A stretch of 63,930 bases of DNA, counting the filler. It is 6 parts of 6 records of this genome, joined end to end, with 100 filler letters (N's around TTAATTAATTAA, not from the genome) between each part and the next. Parts side by side here need not be neighbours in the genome. Positions count along the whole stretch, not along the records: positions 5,619 to 13,119 come from SRR31147125_37552; positions 13,220 to 25,573 come from SRR31147125_37566; 4 more parts are not named here. One strand, given 5' to 3'. Shown one piece after another: positions 10,617 through 21,900 of the stretch. Positions within the stretch are counted from its first letter, which is position 1. The number at the start of each line of letters is the position of its first letter. A program made the translations under genes and the position numbers. The notes beneath the pieces are model-generated. The model was not told the DNA's origin. It saw nothing but the letters and a program-made list of their open reading frames with translations, and made no database searches.

Positions 10617-12898
10617 ATGCCTAAAATCCGTAGAATTGATGCTCTCAATTACCACAAAAAAGACCGCCCGGGCAAAATAGAAGTAATACCTACAAAACCA
10701 CACAACACCCAGTACGACTTATCGCTGGCCTACACTCCGGGGTGGCTCAGCCCTGCCTTGAGATTGAGAAAGAACCGGAAAACGTGTACAAATACACGTC
10801 GAAAGGAAACCTTGTGGCAGTGGTTTCGAACGGGACGGCTGTTTTAGGATTAGGCGACATTGGTCCCGAAGCCGGAAAACCGGTGATGGAAGGAAAAGGT
10901 TTACTCTTCAAAATTTTTGCAGATGTTGATGTATTCGACATTGAGGTGAATGAAAAAGACCCGAAAAAGCTGATTGAAGTGGTAAAAGCCATTGCTCCAA
11001 CTTTTGGAGGAATCAACCTGGAAGATATTAAAGCGCCCGAATGTTTCGAAATAGAAGAAACGCTAAAAAAAGAACTGGATATCCCTGTGTTTCACGACGA
11101 CCAGCATGGTACGGCAATCATTTCATCTGCCGGACTGCTGAATGCCCTGGAAATAAATAAAAAACTAATTGAAAACATTAAGGTTGTGGTTAGTGGAGCC
11201 GGTGCTGCTGCTATATCATGCACAAAACTTTACATCAATATGGGTGTAGAACCCGAAAATGTTGTAATGCTCGACAGCAAAGGAGTGCTTAACCGCGAAC
11301 GTACCAACCTGAATCCTATTAAGCAACAATTTGTTACCCATCGAAAAATTAATACCCTGGAAGAAGCCATGGAGGGCGCCGACGTGTTTCTCGGACTCTC
11401 GGTGGCAAACGTGGTTACAAAAAAGATGATTCGTTCAATGGCCAAAAATCCAATTGTTTTTGCCATGGCTAATCCGAACCCGGAAATATCGTACGAAGAT
11501 GCCACCTCTGCCCGCAAAGACATTATTATGGCAACAGGTCGCAGCGACTATCCGAACCAAATAAACAATGTACTGGGGTTCCCATTTATTTTCCGTGGCG
11601 CCCTTGATGTTAGGGCAACTACCATTAACGAAGAAATGAAAATTGCCGCTGCCAAAGCGCTTGCAAAACTTGCAAAAGAATATGTGCCAGAGATGGTTAC
11701 CAAAGCTTATAATCAAAAAAATATTTCTTTTGGTAAAGACTATATTATTCCGAAACCACTCGATCCTCGATTAATTACAATCGTTTCTACCGCAGTGGCC
11801 CATGCAGCAATGGAAACCGGAGTGGCCCGCAAACCAATAAAAAGCTGGAATGCTTACGAACGCGAATTAATCGGCCGTCTTGGTATCGACAATAAACTGA
11901 TTATGGGCATTCGGAACAAAGCCAAACACAACCCAAAACGTATTGTTTTTGCAGAAGCCAATAGTTATAGGATTCTGAAAGCGGTGCAATTTGTGATTCG
12001 TGAAGGAATTGCCAAACCAATTTTACTTGGTAACGAAGCAAAGATAAAAGCGCTTATTGAAGAAAATCAACTCGACATTCAAAATGTGCCAATTATAGAT
12101 TTAAACGAATCGGTTAGCGATGAAAAACGGCACCAGTTTGCAAAAATTCTTTACGAGAAACGCAAGCGAAAAGGGATGACCTACAACGAAGCTGTTGAGC
12201 ACATGCACAACCGCGACTATTATGGTTCGATGATGGTGGAAACCGGGGAGGCCGATGCATTTATTTCAGGATTCTCGCGCAACTATTCATCAACTATTCG
12301 GCCGGCTTTGCAGGTAGTTGGGGTGAAAGAACATTTCAATCACATTGCCGGAATGTATATTTTGCTTTCTAAGCGAGGCCCAATCTTTTTGTCAGACACA
12401 ACTGTAAATATGAATCCTTCGGCACAAACACTGGCCGACACAACTATTTTAACCGCTACCGAGATTCGGCGCTTAAATATTGAGCCCAAAATTGCAATGC
12501 TCTCCTACTCTAACTTTGGTGCTTACAAAGGCCAGGGAAGTCCGTTGCGCGTAAAAGAAGCGGTTAATATTTTGCACGAAAAATATCCCGATTTAATTGT
12601 TGACGGCGAAATGCAGGCAAACTATGCGCTTAACGGCAAACTTCGTTATTCGCGCTATCCATTCAACAAACTGGGCGACGAAGATGCCAACACTTTAATT
12701 TTCCCTAACCTGAGTTCAGGGAATATTACTTACAAAATTATGCAGACAGTAGGAACTGCAGAAGCTATTGGCCCAATTTTAATGGGGATGAAAAAGCCGA
12801 TTCATATTTTGCAGCGCGACAGTACTGTACGCGAAATTATTAATATGGCAGCCATTGCTGTTATCGATGCTCAATCGAATGGCGACGATGAAGAATAG
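10617..12898 (+). CDS. maeB: NADP-dependent malic enzyme with phosphotransacetylase-like domain; frameshift in the G run at 10739-10742
   Basis: [60 protein letters not shown]-like C-terminal half (DGEMQA). Confidence 0.95.
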
Positions 12899-12924
12899 AC
12901 AAAACAAACGTAACTAAATACCGT

Positions 12925-12967
12925 AAAGGGCTGCGACGAAACTTGTTGCAGCCCTTTTTATTTTTTT
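12925..12967 (+). terminator. Rho-independent terminator after maeB
   Basis: AAAGGGCTGCGAC-loop-GTTGCAGCCCTTT followed by a T tract. Confidence 0.8.
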
Positions 12968-13051
12968 GTTCAATCAAGGATAGCATCCAACTTCGTTCCT
13001 CAGCGATGGATGCCATCCTTAAACTTTCAACCTTCAACTTTAAATTTCAGA

Positions 13052-13119
13052 CTAAAATCCCCAACCGTCGCGGTAAGAATGTTTTACCCACTCTTCGCAC
13101 ATTTTCTGGGCATTCCAGG
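13052..13119 (-). CDS. C-terminal fragment, probably a Gfo/Idh/MocA oxidoreductase
   Basis: Manual translation WNAQKMCEEWVKHSYRDGWGF*; the YRxGW terminus is typical of Bacteroidota Gfo/Idh/MocA proteins. Confidence 0.5.
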
Positions 13120-13219
13120 NNNNNNNNNNNNNNNNNNNNNNNNNNNNNNNNNNNNNNNNNNNNTTAATTAATTAANNNNNNNNNNNNNNNNNNNNNNNNN
13201 NNNNNNNNNNNNNNNNNNN
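13120..13219. other. Artificial contig spacer
   Basis: N44-TTAATTAATTAA-N44. Confidence 0.99.
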
Positions 13220-13570
13220 GGTATAGACCTCACTGTTGCCCTGTTTAAGAACAAAAAAGCCATCACCTTCAAGAGCCATATCCAATGGATTACCGGTTAT
13301 ATCAAATGACCCTTGTTCAAAATTCTGTGAACTACTCCCAGTCTGCGCTCCGTACCCGATCTGGGTGGGATTAATAGACCCTCTTCCGGTACTGCTATCA
13401 GCTGATGTACCAGAACTAAGAGTAGAGCAGAACAGAGTTGAAAATTCATAGTCATAACCTTTATATGCTGTAGTATTAACGTTAGCAAGGTTATTACCGA
13501 TTGTATCCATAGCCAGCTGATGAGACTGTAGCCCAGTAACAGCTGTACTCATTGCTTTAGATAAAGACAT
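13220..13570 (-). CDS. flgE: Flagellar hook protein FlgE, N-terminal part (truncated)
   Basis: MSTAVTGLQSHQLAMDTIGNNLANVNTTAYK...NPTQIGYG...FEQG...TGNPLDMALEGDGFF; AGGAGG RBS before ATG 13570. Confidence 0.88.
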
Positions 13571-13605
13571 AATTTTCCTCCTGATCTTTAAGATCAAAAT
13601 TTACT

Positions 13606-13619
13606 CTCGCTCCTTCGAG
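13606..13619 (-). promoter_or_regulatory. Putative CsrA-binding GGA hairpin in the flgE leader
   Basis: Minus strand CTCG-AAGGAG-CGAG, plus a second GGA in the SD (CAGGAGG). Confidence 0.45.
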
Positions 13620-13676
13620 GAAAAACCCTGCCACCCTGCATGGTTATAATTATAAAAATAGTTTTGCTTACAAGTA

Positions 13677-16580
13677 CTAGAGGTAATCAAGCAGACTAAG
13701 AGTCATCAACTGGGAAGTAACAGATAGTGACGCCTCGTAAGCAACTTTATGCATTGCATAATCGGTAGACGCCTGAACCAGATCAACTTCAATATTATTT
13801 AAAATACCCTCTTTATAGACATCAATGTTTGAGGTGTGACGTGTAGAAAGCATCTCCAAATTGTTCTGTTTTGCCCCAATCGTTGCTCTGGCTTCCAGGA
13901 TTCTATTTAGATCATCATCAATATTATCCAGCTGATCATTGACTGCATAACAATCCTCAGCATTCAAGGCGTCAATAATACTGGTCACTGTAGAGAATAT
14001 ATTCTGTTCAAAATCTCTTCCGCTTATTGCAGTGCTCGCCTGCAATACCACTATATCCGAATCATTATTCTGATAATCAAGATAGACTGATCCTTCAATA
14101 CCCGAATAATTCTCTTCAGCCATCATCACAGTTCCATTTGCTGCAGTTGCTCCGCTGGCAACAAGATTTTCTCGAGCAGTATCAGAGTAGGCAAGTACCT
14201 GATAAGTTCCGGAATTATCAACTATTTCAAAGTACAACTCTCCTCTGTATCCGGAATTTACACCTTCCTGTATACCGACTAGATCAATCTGTGAAAGTTG
14301 ATTATTCTCATCATTTCTGGCGATTAGCGGTGAACTGCTTATTTCAATATCCATATCATCAGAACTGTAGTTTAAGTATAATTTGCCTGATAAGGCTGAA
14401 TCATCAACCCCCTGCACCAACACTTCACCAGACATACTCTCACTCTCAGCTACAGCAACCAGATCGGTTTTTTGTGCATCACTGTAAAACTCCACCAGAT
14501 AAGTACCAGCAGTAGAAGTATCAAAACTTTCTGTCACACTGGAATAAAGTTTTCCGTTTTCATCACTATTAACTCCGGCAACAACCCCATTCAGATCAAC
14601 ACAAGCCAGCTGACTAAAACTATCACCACTTACTGCAGCCCCATCATAATTCTCCGCCACACTCAGGTACGCCCCGGATAACTGACTAGCGATTTCAATA
14701 GAACTTCCATCATCACTTATCTGAGATGTCACATAAGTACCTAAAGAATCGACAGCATTGGTAAAATCTTCTACAGTGTTAAATGTTGCCTCTGCCTCAA
14801 CATTGTAGCTGCCAATAGACATAATAGAGGATGGGCAATCAAGAGTTATATTCCCGGACAATTCCTCATATCCTACAGCAGCTTCAAGCTTCACCACACC
14901 ACTACTTCCATTCTGAAGCTGACCGGTAAGCATAACATTTCCATCATTAACAATAGAAACATCATAGTCGCCAGCTGCAGAATAATCGATAATCACTTCA
15001 AAGTCGCCTTTATCGCCTGTAGTAACTCCCTGCTCTAATCCGTAGATTTTCAGGTCAGCAATAAGCTCATCAGTATCAATTCCAGAACTGCCTATCTCTA
15101 CTCCTGAAAATTCATAATCCTGCACATCAATATTAGTACTATACGAAGTAGGATAATCTATGGTAAGCACCCCAGTTGTCGGCTCAGAAATACTTGCGGG
15201 TGGAGCAAATTTAACATTACCACTCACACCTGAACTTTTAACCTCATCAAAAGAAAGTAATCCTCCATCACTGACTCCGGTTGCAATCAATGAAGATGAA
15301 TCCATACTCTCACTCTGATAAATATTTACCTCCCAGTCACCTGAGCCAGCATCAGTCATCTCATAATATAGCTTACTGTCATCGGTAATATTACCTCCGT
15401 CAGAGAGTCCACTCAGCTGCCAGTTGGAGAAATACTCAGTAGCATCTCCGGAACTGATCAATGTTGTACTCATATCGTCAGACCCGTTATAGATAGTCAG
15501 GGTATCGGTATCCCAGTTTTTGATATCACTTATAAGTGTACTTGCAGTAATTGCAGGGTATAAGTCCTCTCCAGCAAGCACACTGCTTCCAGTCATACTT
15601 CCAATACCATCAATTCCAAGGTCTTTAGCAACAGCGGTATTCTTAACCGTTATCGGTTCAGCCCCAATAACTACATCCAAATCTAGCGGCAACCCGGTAC
15701 TCCTATCAATCTGAGTAAGCATCAATCCAGATTTTTCATCATTCAGACTTACCTCTAGAATATAATTATATTCAGGATCGGTTACTTCATAGGAATCAGC
15801 ATTATCTACACTTGCTTTCTCAATATACGCAACCACATCACTCAGGTCATCAGCCTTAGATAGATCAACACTGAGTCCTCCGGCAGCAGCAGGGGCAGAA
15901 GAGTAATACAGAGTGATATTTCCAGAAGCTACGCCAGACCCATTATTGAGATCATCAAGAGAGGTTGAACCTTTTTCAGATATATTCAATACTCTTTCAA
16001 GTTCCTCAGAAGACATCTTAGTCTCCAGATTCCCAAAGGCATCTTCAGCCGTAGTATTCTTTGCTGTATAGGTATTGTTATCTACAGCAATCTTAATATC
16101 ATCATTGTTACCCTTAAAATATACATACTTATTATCAACTATTTCAAATGGCTCAACTGAGTAGTCAGTTCCGGCAAATAGATACTGCCCAGCATAGTCA
16201 GAATTTGCTGTCGTTACCATAGAACTTAGAGCTTCTGTCACTTCTGCAAGAGCACCAGCATACATCTCTGATGTATTAGCACCTGAAGACATACTAACAG
16301 CCTGTTCTTTTACATCAATTAGTATCGAATTCATATCACTCAGACAATTATCGCTAAGCCCCATAAATGCATCACTCAGCTTAATATTAGAAACATAAGA
16401 GTCACACTCTGAAATAATAGATGAAAACATAATATAACTAACTGCGGCACTTGGATTATCACTCAGTTTTGTAACATCATATCCTGAACTCACCTCTTCA
16501 GACAATTTAGACACATTCGAAGCATTCGTGTTGATGTTATGTATTGAATTCATACTGTTCATCTGCATTGTCACACGCAT
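13677..16580 (-). CDS. flgL: Hook-associated protein 3 FlgL, greatly enlarged (967 aa)
   Basis: N-terminus MRVT...SSGYDVTKLSDNPS, ANSDYAGQYLFAGT; C-terminus RATIGAKQNNLE...AYEASL...LSLLDYL; directly downstream of flgK. Confidence 0.9.
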   Translation of the reverse strand: MRVTMQMNSMNSIHNINTNASNVSKLSEEVSSGYDVTKLSDNPSAAVSYIMFSSIISECDSYVSNIKLSDAFMGLSDNCLSDMNSILIDVKEQAVSMSSGANTSEMYAGALAEVTEALSSMVTTANSDYAGQYLFAGTDYSVEPFEIVDNKYVYFKGNNDDIKIAVDNNTYTAKNTTAEDAFGNLETKMSSEELERVLNISEKGSTSLDDLNNGSGVASGNITLYYSSAPAAAGGLSVDLSKADDLSDVVAYIEKASVDNADSYEVTDPEYNYILEVSLNDEKSGLMLTQIDRSTGLPLDLDVVIGAEPITVKNTAVAKDLGIDGIGSMTGSSVLAGEDLYPAITASTLISDIKNWDTDTLTIYNGSDDMSTTLISSGDATEYFSNWQLSGLSDGGNITDDSKLYYEMTDAGSGDWEVNIYQSESMDSSSLIATGVSDGGLLSFDEVKSSGVSGNVKFAPPASISEPTTGVLTIDYPTSYSTNIDVQDYEFSGVEIGSSGIDTDELIADLKIYGLEQGVTTGDKGDFEVIIDYSAAGDYDVSIVNDGNVMLTGQLQNGSSGVVKLEAAVGYEELSGNITLDCPSSIMSIGSYNVEAEATFNTVEDFTNAVDSLGTYVTSQISDDGSSIEIASQLSGAYLSVAENYDGAAVSGDSFSQLACVDLNGVVAGVNSDENGKLYSSVTESFDTSTAGTYLVEFYSDAQKTDLVAVAESESMSGEVLVQGVDDSALSGKLYLNYSSDDMDIEISSSPLIARNDENNQLSQIDLVGIQEGVNSGYRGELYFEIVDNSGTYQVLAYSDTARENLVASGATAANGTVMMAEENYSGIEGSVYLDYQNNDSDIVVLQASTAISGRDFEQNIFSTVTSIIDALNAEDCYAVNDQLDNIDDDLNRILEARATIGAKQNNLEMLSTRHTSNIDVYKEGILNNIEVDLVQASTDYAMHKVAYEASLSVTSQLMTLSLLDYL

Positions 16581-16590
16581 AATATCTCTC

Positions 16591-18357
16591 TTACATATCT
16601 AAAATTGTCTGCATACATTCATCAATAACAGTAATAAACTCTGCTGCAGCCTGATAAGCCCGCTGATAATTGAGCAAGTTAACCAGTTCTTCATCAGTAC
16701 TTACGCCAGAAACGCTCTCATTATTATTTTTACTCAACAAAAGTAGATCAGCCCGTAACTCCTGTTCAGCCGCAGCATTCTCAGCTTCAACACCCAAAGT
16801 CCCAGCCATTGAGCAGTAATACCCTTCAATAGTCTGTGTTTTCCCAGACAAGACATTCTCACTTCGTAAGGCAATAAGGTTATTGACTGTATCATTATTA
16901 CTTTCGGTAAAACTACTTCCTGTTGAAAAATGCTCAGGTTCATCTTCTAATAACTCATTTACACTTATATCACCTGCATTAAATCCAGTAAACAAATTAT
17001 TCAACCCGAGAGCACTTACAGCACCACTGGTGTCACTCCCGAAACCGAGCTTATAAATTTCTGAGTTTGACTCGACTATCAGCTGATTATTATTGTTAAT
17101 TGATACGGAGTACGCCCCGGGAATTTCTTCATCAAGTTGCTTCTGCATAATATTTACCAGAGAATTTTCCGCCTCCGGATCACTCATATCATAAAGAATA
17201 GTATCAATAGAACCTAAACTATTATCTATATCAATACTAATAACAACAGTTGACTCAGTTTCCGTCTCTGTATTATAGATGAGCATTTCAAAACTTCCGT
17301 TTGTTACTTCATATGTCCCATCTATTGCATCTACGCCGTAATCTAACTGATCCAGAGCAACCGCTGTGTCTTCAACAGCAGTACAACCGACAATCTCTGA
17401 ATAACCAATATTCCCGACTCCTTGCGAATATACACTGTTAAACTCCCAGATTATATTTGCAGCAAGTTCATCCAAATCGTCCTGATAAGTAGTCACAACT
17501 CCGTCACGAAGATATAATGCAGCGCCAAGGCTCCCCGATTCACTTTCAATAGCAACATTACCATCAGAGAATACCGGCTGACTATAGCGAACACCATCCA
17601 AATTTTCATACTTAATGCCTACCTCTTCACTACTATCACGATAGACCATAATATTGTTATTATTATAGATAGTATAACTGCCATTACTCTCTTCATATAT
17701 TTTCACATCACAGACGGCACTCAACTCCTTGACTAATCTATCTCTTTCATCTCGAAGGTCATTGGCATTGAGCCCATTAGAGCCACATGCTTCAGCCGAC
17801 ATAATAGATTTATTCATCTCTGCAATCTGCTGGGTTAACGAATTAATTGAATCAACGTCAGTTTCAATCTTACTGTTAAGTTCATCTTGAATTTCAACAA
17901 GCCCCTCATCAATACTATTGATTGTTCCTGCCAGACTATCAGCCTTCTGCACAGCAATTATTGCCAACTCAGTATTATCAGGATCGAGTGATAAGTCATT
18001 AAGAGCAGACCAGACATTGTTCAGTTCAGTTGAGATATCAGTTTCAGTCAATTCATTGAAATTATTCTCAAGAGCCGAATAAATGTTATTCAATTCATCA
18101 GCATAAGCCGAAGCCCCCGTACATGTCCTGACTTCCTCTTTATAAAAGCTATCAATAATTCTGCTGACACTATCCACCTCTACCCCTGTTCCAGAATAAT
18201 AGCTGCTGTTCTTCTTTGCAGTTGTAGCTGAGGTGGAGATACTTTGTCTGCTATAACCTTCTGTTGCCGAATTACTCAGATTCTGCCCGGCAACATCCAG
18301 AGCCGCAGTCTGAGCCAGCAATGCGTTCTTCCCAATCTGAAGTGAAGTAGCACTCAT
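16591..18357 (-). CDS. flgK: Hook-associated protein 1 FlgK
   Basis: LQIGKNALLAQ...NLSNSATEGYSRQ, NDLRDERDRL, SVSGVSTDEELVNLLNYQRAYQAAA; likely start ATG 18357. Confidence 0.93.
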   Translation of the reverse strand: MSATSLQIGKNALLAQTAALDVAGQNLSNSATEGYSRQSISTSATTAKKNSSYYSGTGVEVDSVSRIIDSFYKEEVRTCTGASAYADELNNIYSALENNFNELTETDISTELNNVWSALNDLSLDPDNTELAIIAVQKADSLAGTINSIDEGLVEIQDELNSKIETDVDSINSLTQQIAEMNKSIMSAEACGSNGLNANDLRDERDRLVKELSAVCDVKIYEESNGSYTIYNNNNIMVYRDSSEEVGIKYENLDGVRYSQPVFSDGNVAIESESGSLGAALYLRDGVVTTYQDDLDELAANIIWEFNSVYSQGVGNIGYSEIVGCTAVEDTAVALDQLDYGVDAIDGTYEVTNGSFEMLIYNTETETESTVVISIDIDNSLGSIDTILYDMSDPEAENSLVNIMQKQLDEEIPGAYSVSINNNNQLIVESNSEIYKLGFGSDTSGAVSALGLNNLFTGFNAGDISVNELLEDEPEHFSTGSSFTESNNDTVNNLIALRSENVLSGKTQTIEGYYCSMAGTLGVEAENAAAEQELRADLLLLSKNNNESVSGVSTDEELVNLLNYQRAYQAAAEFITVIDECMQTILDM

Positions 18358-18444
18358 CACTATTCTCCATCTAAAATTTGACAATATACCCCCACTCAGA
18401 GTATCAGCTCTGATAAAATATTTTTATATTATTAGGGGAACAAT

Positions 18445-18906
18445 TTATATGTTTATAACTTTATTCACATAACATGGTACCGGCTTAAAAATTGGTCTAT
18501 TATAGGCTGCTGCTTTAGTTTTATTATGCTTTATAATGGTTAATTCTTTCCTTATTCTGGCCAACTCTTTTATTGAGGTCGCCTTTAACTGCTTATCGTA
18601 AATCTGAAGTTCATGCAAAACGCTTTGTAGCTTCTCAAGGGTCAAAGATATTTTTTCATTCAACTCATTATCTACCGAATCAACAACCTTCACCCAGAAG
18701 TTTCCATAGGCAGTAATTACATATTGAAGAATATCCAATCTTTCAAGTAACTTATCTCTTCTTCTGACAGCTCCAGCCAGATCTGCATAAGCCCCATCAG
18801 CAACGAGTTCATACTGTTCTTTCGATATCAAAATTATCTCTTCATAACAGGCAATCTGGTCACCAAGCTTTTTATAATATGCTCTTGCTCCAATATCAGG
18901 GGTCAT
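18445..18906 (-). CDS. FlgN-like flagellar export chaperone
   Basis: 153-aa helical protein directly upstream of flgK, with a C-terminal AAAY motif. Confidence 0.55.
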   Translation of the reverse strand: MTPDIGARAYYKKLGDQIACYEEIILISKEQYELVADGAYADLAGAVRRRDKLLERLDILQYVITAYGNFWVKVVDSVDNELNEKISLTLEKLQSVLHELQIYDKQLKATSIKELARIRKELTIIKHNKTKAAAYNRPIFKPVPCYVNKVINI

Positions 18907-18962
18907 AATCCATCTCCTCTATATACAATACTATTTGTTATTATTTATAATATTCATGACAC

Positions 18963-21900
18963 CTAGCTGTCACTACTGGTTCCCGATATTGTAGCATTGA
19001 CATAGGAACTCTCACTTTCCAATGAAGCAAGTGTCTGTTCCATAGCGTTATACTGCGCCCATAGCACTGCTTCCTTGGCTTCCATCAACTCAGTCATACT
19101 CTCAATGCTCCCATCAAGCTCTTCAGTTATAGCATCAACATAGTCCGTTCTTGATGCCAGATAACCATATTCATAATCGAAAATACTCTGCATATTAGCA
19201 TTAAGACTACTTGCAGCCCCACTTTCAGCAATACAGTCAATCTCAACCAGTCTCATAATATCATCATCAGCATTTGTTGCCTCAGCATTAATCCTTATGG
19301 CCGAAGCACTAACTGGTTCACTTGTACCAATAACTGTATAGCTGGAAGTATTACCATCAACCTCTCTGAGAGTCACCCATTCATTTGTACTGCTGTCAAG
19401 ATATTCAACAGTAAAATCTGAAAGAGCATACTCATCAGCTGGCATTTCTTCACTGTCGATATGATATATAGTAAGATAATCAAGAAGTACCGGCTCATCA
19501 TAACTGACAGTAATCCTGTTATCACCACTTGAGATTGTATCTCCTGCCTGATACCCGTTGTTTTCTCCAAAATCCTCTGAAGAAGTCTTTCCATTTATCA
19601 GATTAGAACTAGAAAAACCATCAGCCGGACTTCCGGCAATACTTATGGATGCTCCTTTGCTTGCAAGCGCAACATCTGATTTGTCGTAAAAAAATTCTGC
19701 CACTTCATCAAAATCACTATCAAGCAACTCTTCAAAATCTTCAGCATCAAAAGCCAGAAGTGTTGAATAACTCACATTCCCGTCATCATCTTCTACTTCT
19801 TCCAAATCAAAAGAAATACCAAGATCTGTAAATGTTCTTAGTGATGAATTGTCTTCTGCGACATACGAAAAATATGACTGAAGTTCAAGTTCAATGTTCT
19901 TTGTCGAACTATCTCCATAAAGCAGACCGGTAGAGGTTGTTATACTATTCTCTTCGTTATATGCAATTTCCTCAGGAGTCAGATATGTGGTAAGAGTCTG
20001 AATAGTACTGACTACCTCATTATACGAATCAACCATCGCCTGTATCGTATCACTGATACCTTCACTATCTCTAGAAACAGTAATTGAAACAGGATCATCT
20101 GTAACTGCAGCCATATCAAGGGTAATACCAATAATAGCAGAATTATTTGTATTTGTATCACTGCGCAGCAATACTGGTTCAGATCCCGTATTACTGTCAC
20201 CATATAGCAACAACGAATCCTGACCCATAGTTGTCTGACTGAAACTTAATGAATCAATACTGCTATCCATAATAAAATTACTTGCCTGCCCTGAATCTTC
20301 ACTTGCTATAGCAAGTCGATATGGAGAATATGTTGTACCATCATTTATTATTGATGCAGTATAAGAAGTCTGTTCATTTATCTTATCCATAACATCAGTT
20401 AGTGAATCACTATCACTCACACTTACAGTAACTTCAAAACTACCATTGAGAATAGCATTTCCAGAACTGTCAACTGTTGAGTCTCTAGCCAACCCCAAAT
20501 CGGCGGCAGAGCTCCCTCCACTAACCTCTTGAGCGCTGATGGTTCCGGTTGCAGATAAGTCTGTCGATTCAATAATAATCCCGTCACCAGTATCATTTAC
20601 CCTTGCCTCAACGTCTAGAGTAGCTGCATTGATTCTTTCCACAACTTCCCCTATAGTATCCGCGCCTTCAATATCAATCTCATCACTAAATCCATTTGCA
20701 TCAGTAAGAATAAATGATCCTGCTTCTACTCCACTTCCATTATTGAGTGAATCAAGTGAAGTAGCACTACTTATATATTTTAAATCCAGATCAGCACAAT
20801 CCATGCTCTCTCCGCCAGCAACCTCAAATCCTGTAAAACCAAGATCTGTTGCCAGAGTTGAAGACTGATCAATAAACTCAACACTAGAACCAGCAGCGTT
20901 TTTCACCTCAAGCCCATTAGAAGCAGCATTTAGTGAAAAAGTCAGAGTGCCACCAGCCTGTGTGTTGAGCTCGGTAATAAGGCTATTTAAAGTGTCGTCC
21001 TCAGCCAATCCGCTGAGATTAAAATCAATACTGCTAGCATCATCAAATTCAGCAGTAAAACTCACTTCTCCTGAATTATAACTACCTGCCAGCCCATCAA
21101 GTCCGCTACCATCTGCTCCTGATATTGATGACAACTGAAAAGTATTGATCCCAGCAAATATCTTACTTCCTTTATATGAACCGCCTCCAGCGGAAGTCAC
21201 AAGCCCGAGATCGCTCGCTGTAGTATCAGAACCGGAGTAATCCGAAATACTCAGACTCCCACTCCCTGAAATCAATCCGGCAACCAGAGATAAACCATCA
21301 TCAGAATAATCTATGGTTACAGCTCCTTCAGTCTCTTCACCAATAAACATTGCAACCTGTCCAAGATTATTGCATTTAGCAAGGTCAACTTCCCAGGTAT
21401 CTGTACCGTCTGAAATAACAATCGTGCCAGCAACTCCGTCATTAACACCCAAACCATCATTAAGCTGATCCAGCACAGTATTATCTCCAAGACCATAAAT
21501 ACAATCTCCGTCTATGATACCGCTGTCTGACACTCCAAGAATCCCAAGATCTTCAGCAGTGGTGGAGTCAACATCTTTGATAATAAGAGCCCCGCTACCA
21601 CCTGCACAGTCTTCTATAAGCAACCCATCCCCATCATCCGACACAGAAACTGTTACAGAAATATCAGTACAATTATTTATTCCTTCCAGAATATCATCTA
21701 CAGTAATTGCAGAACTCAAATCAATTTTAGCAACACTTCCTTTAGAATCAGTTATCTCAATTACACCAGCAGAAACACCGACACCATTATTCAAAACAGA
21801 AGTATCTGTGCTCTGAGCTAAAGATGCTTTTGCAGAATCAAGGGTGATAATCCCTTCCTCAAGAGGCGATACCGCAGTATCATTCTCACTAAAACCGACA

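Noticed and set aside
10617-10847. Separate small ORF or programmed frameshift at the start of maeB
   Set aside because: It is the MaeB N-terminus, split by one missing G in a G run, consistent with the window-wide error pattern.
12977-13051. Second hairpin (AGGATAGCATCCA/TGGATGCCATCCT) and degenerate CTT(T)CAA repeats
   Set aside because: Ordinary intergenic structure between convergent genes; nothing indicates a distinct element.
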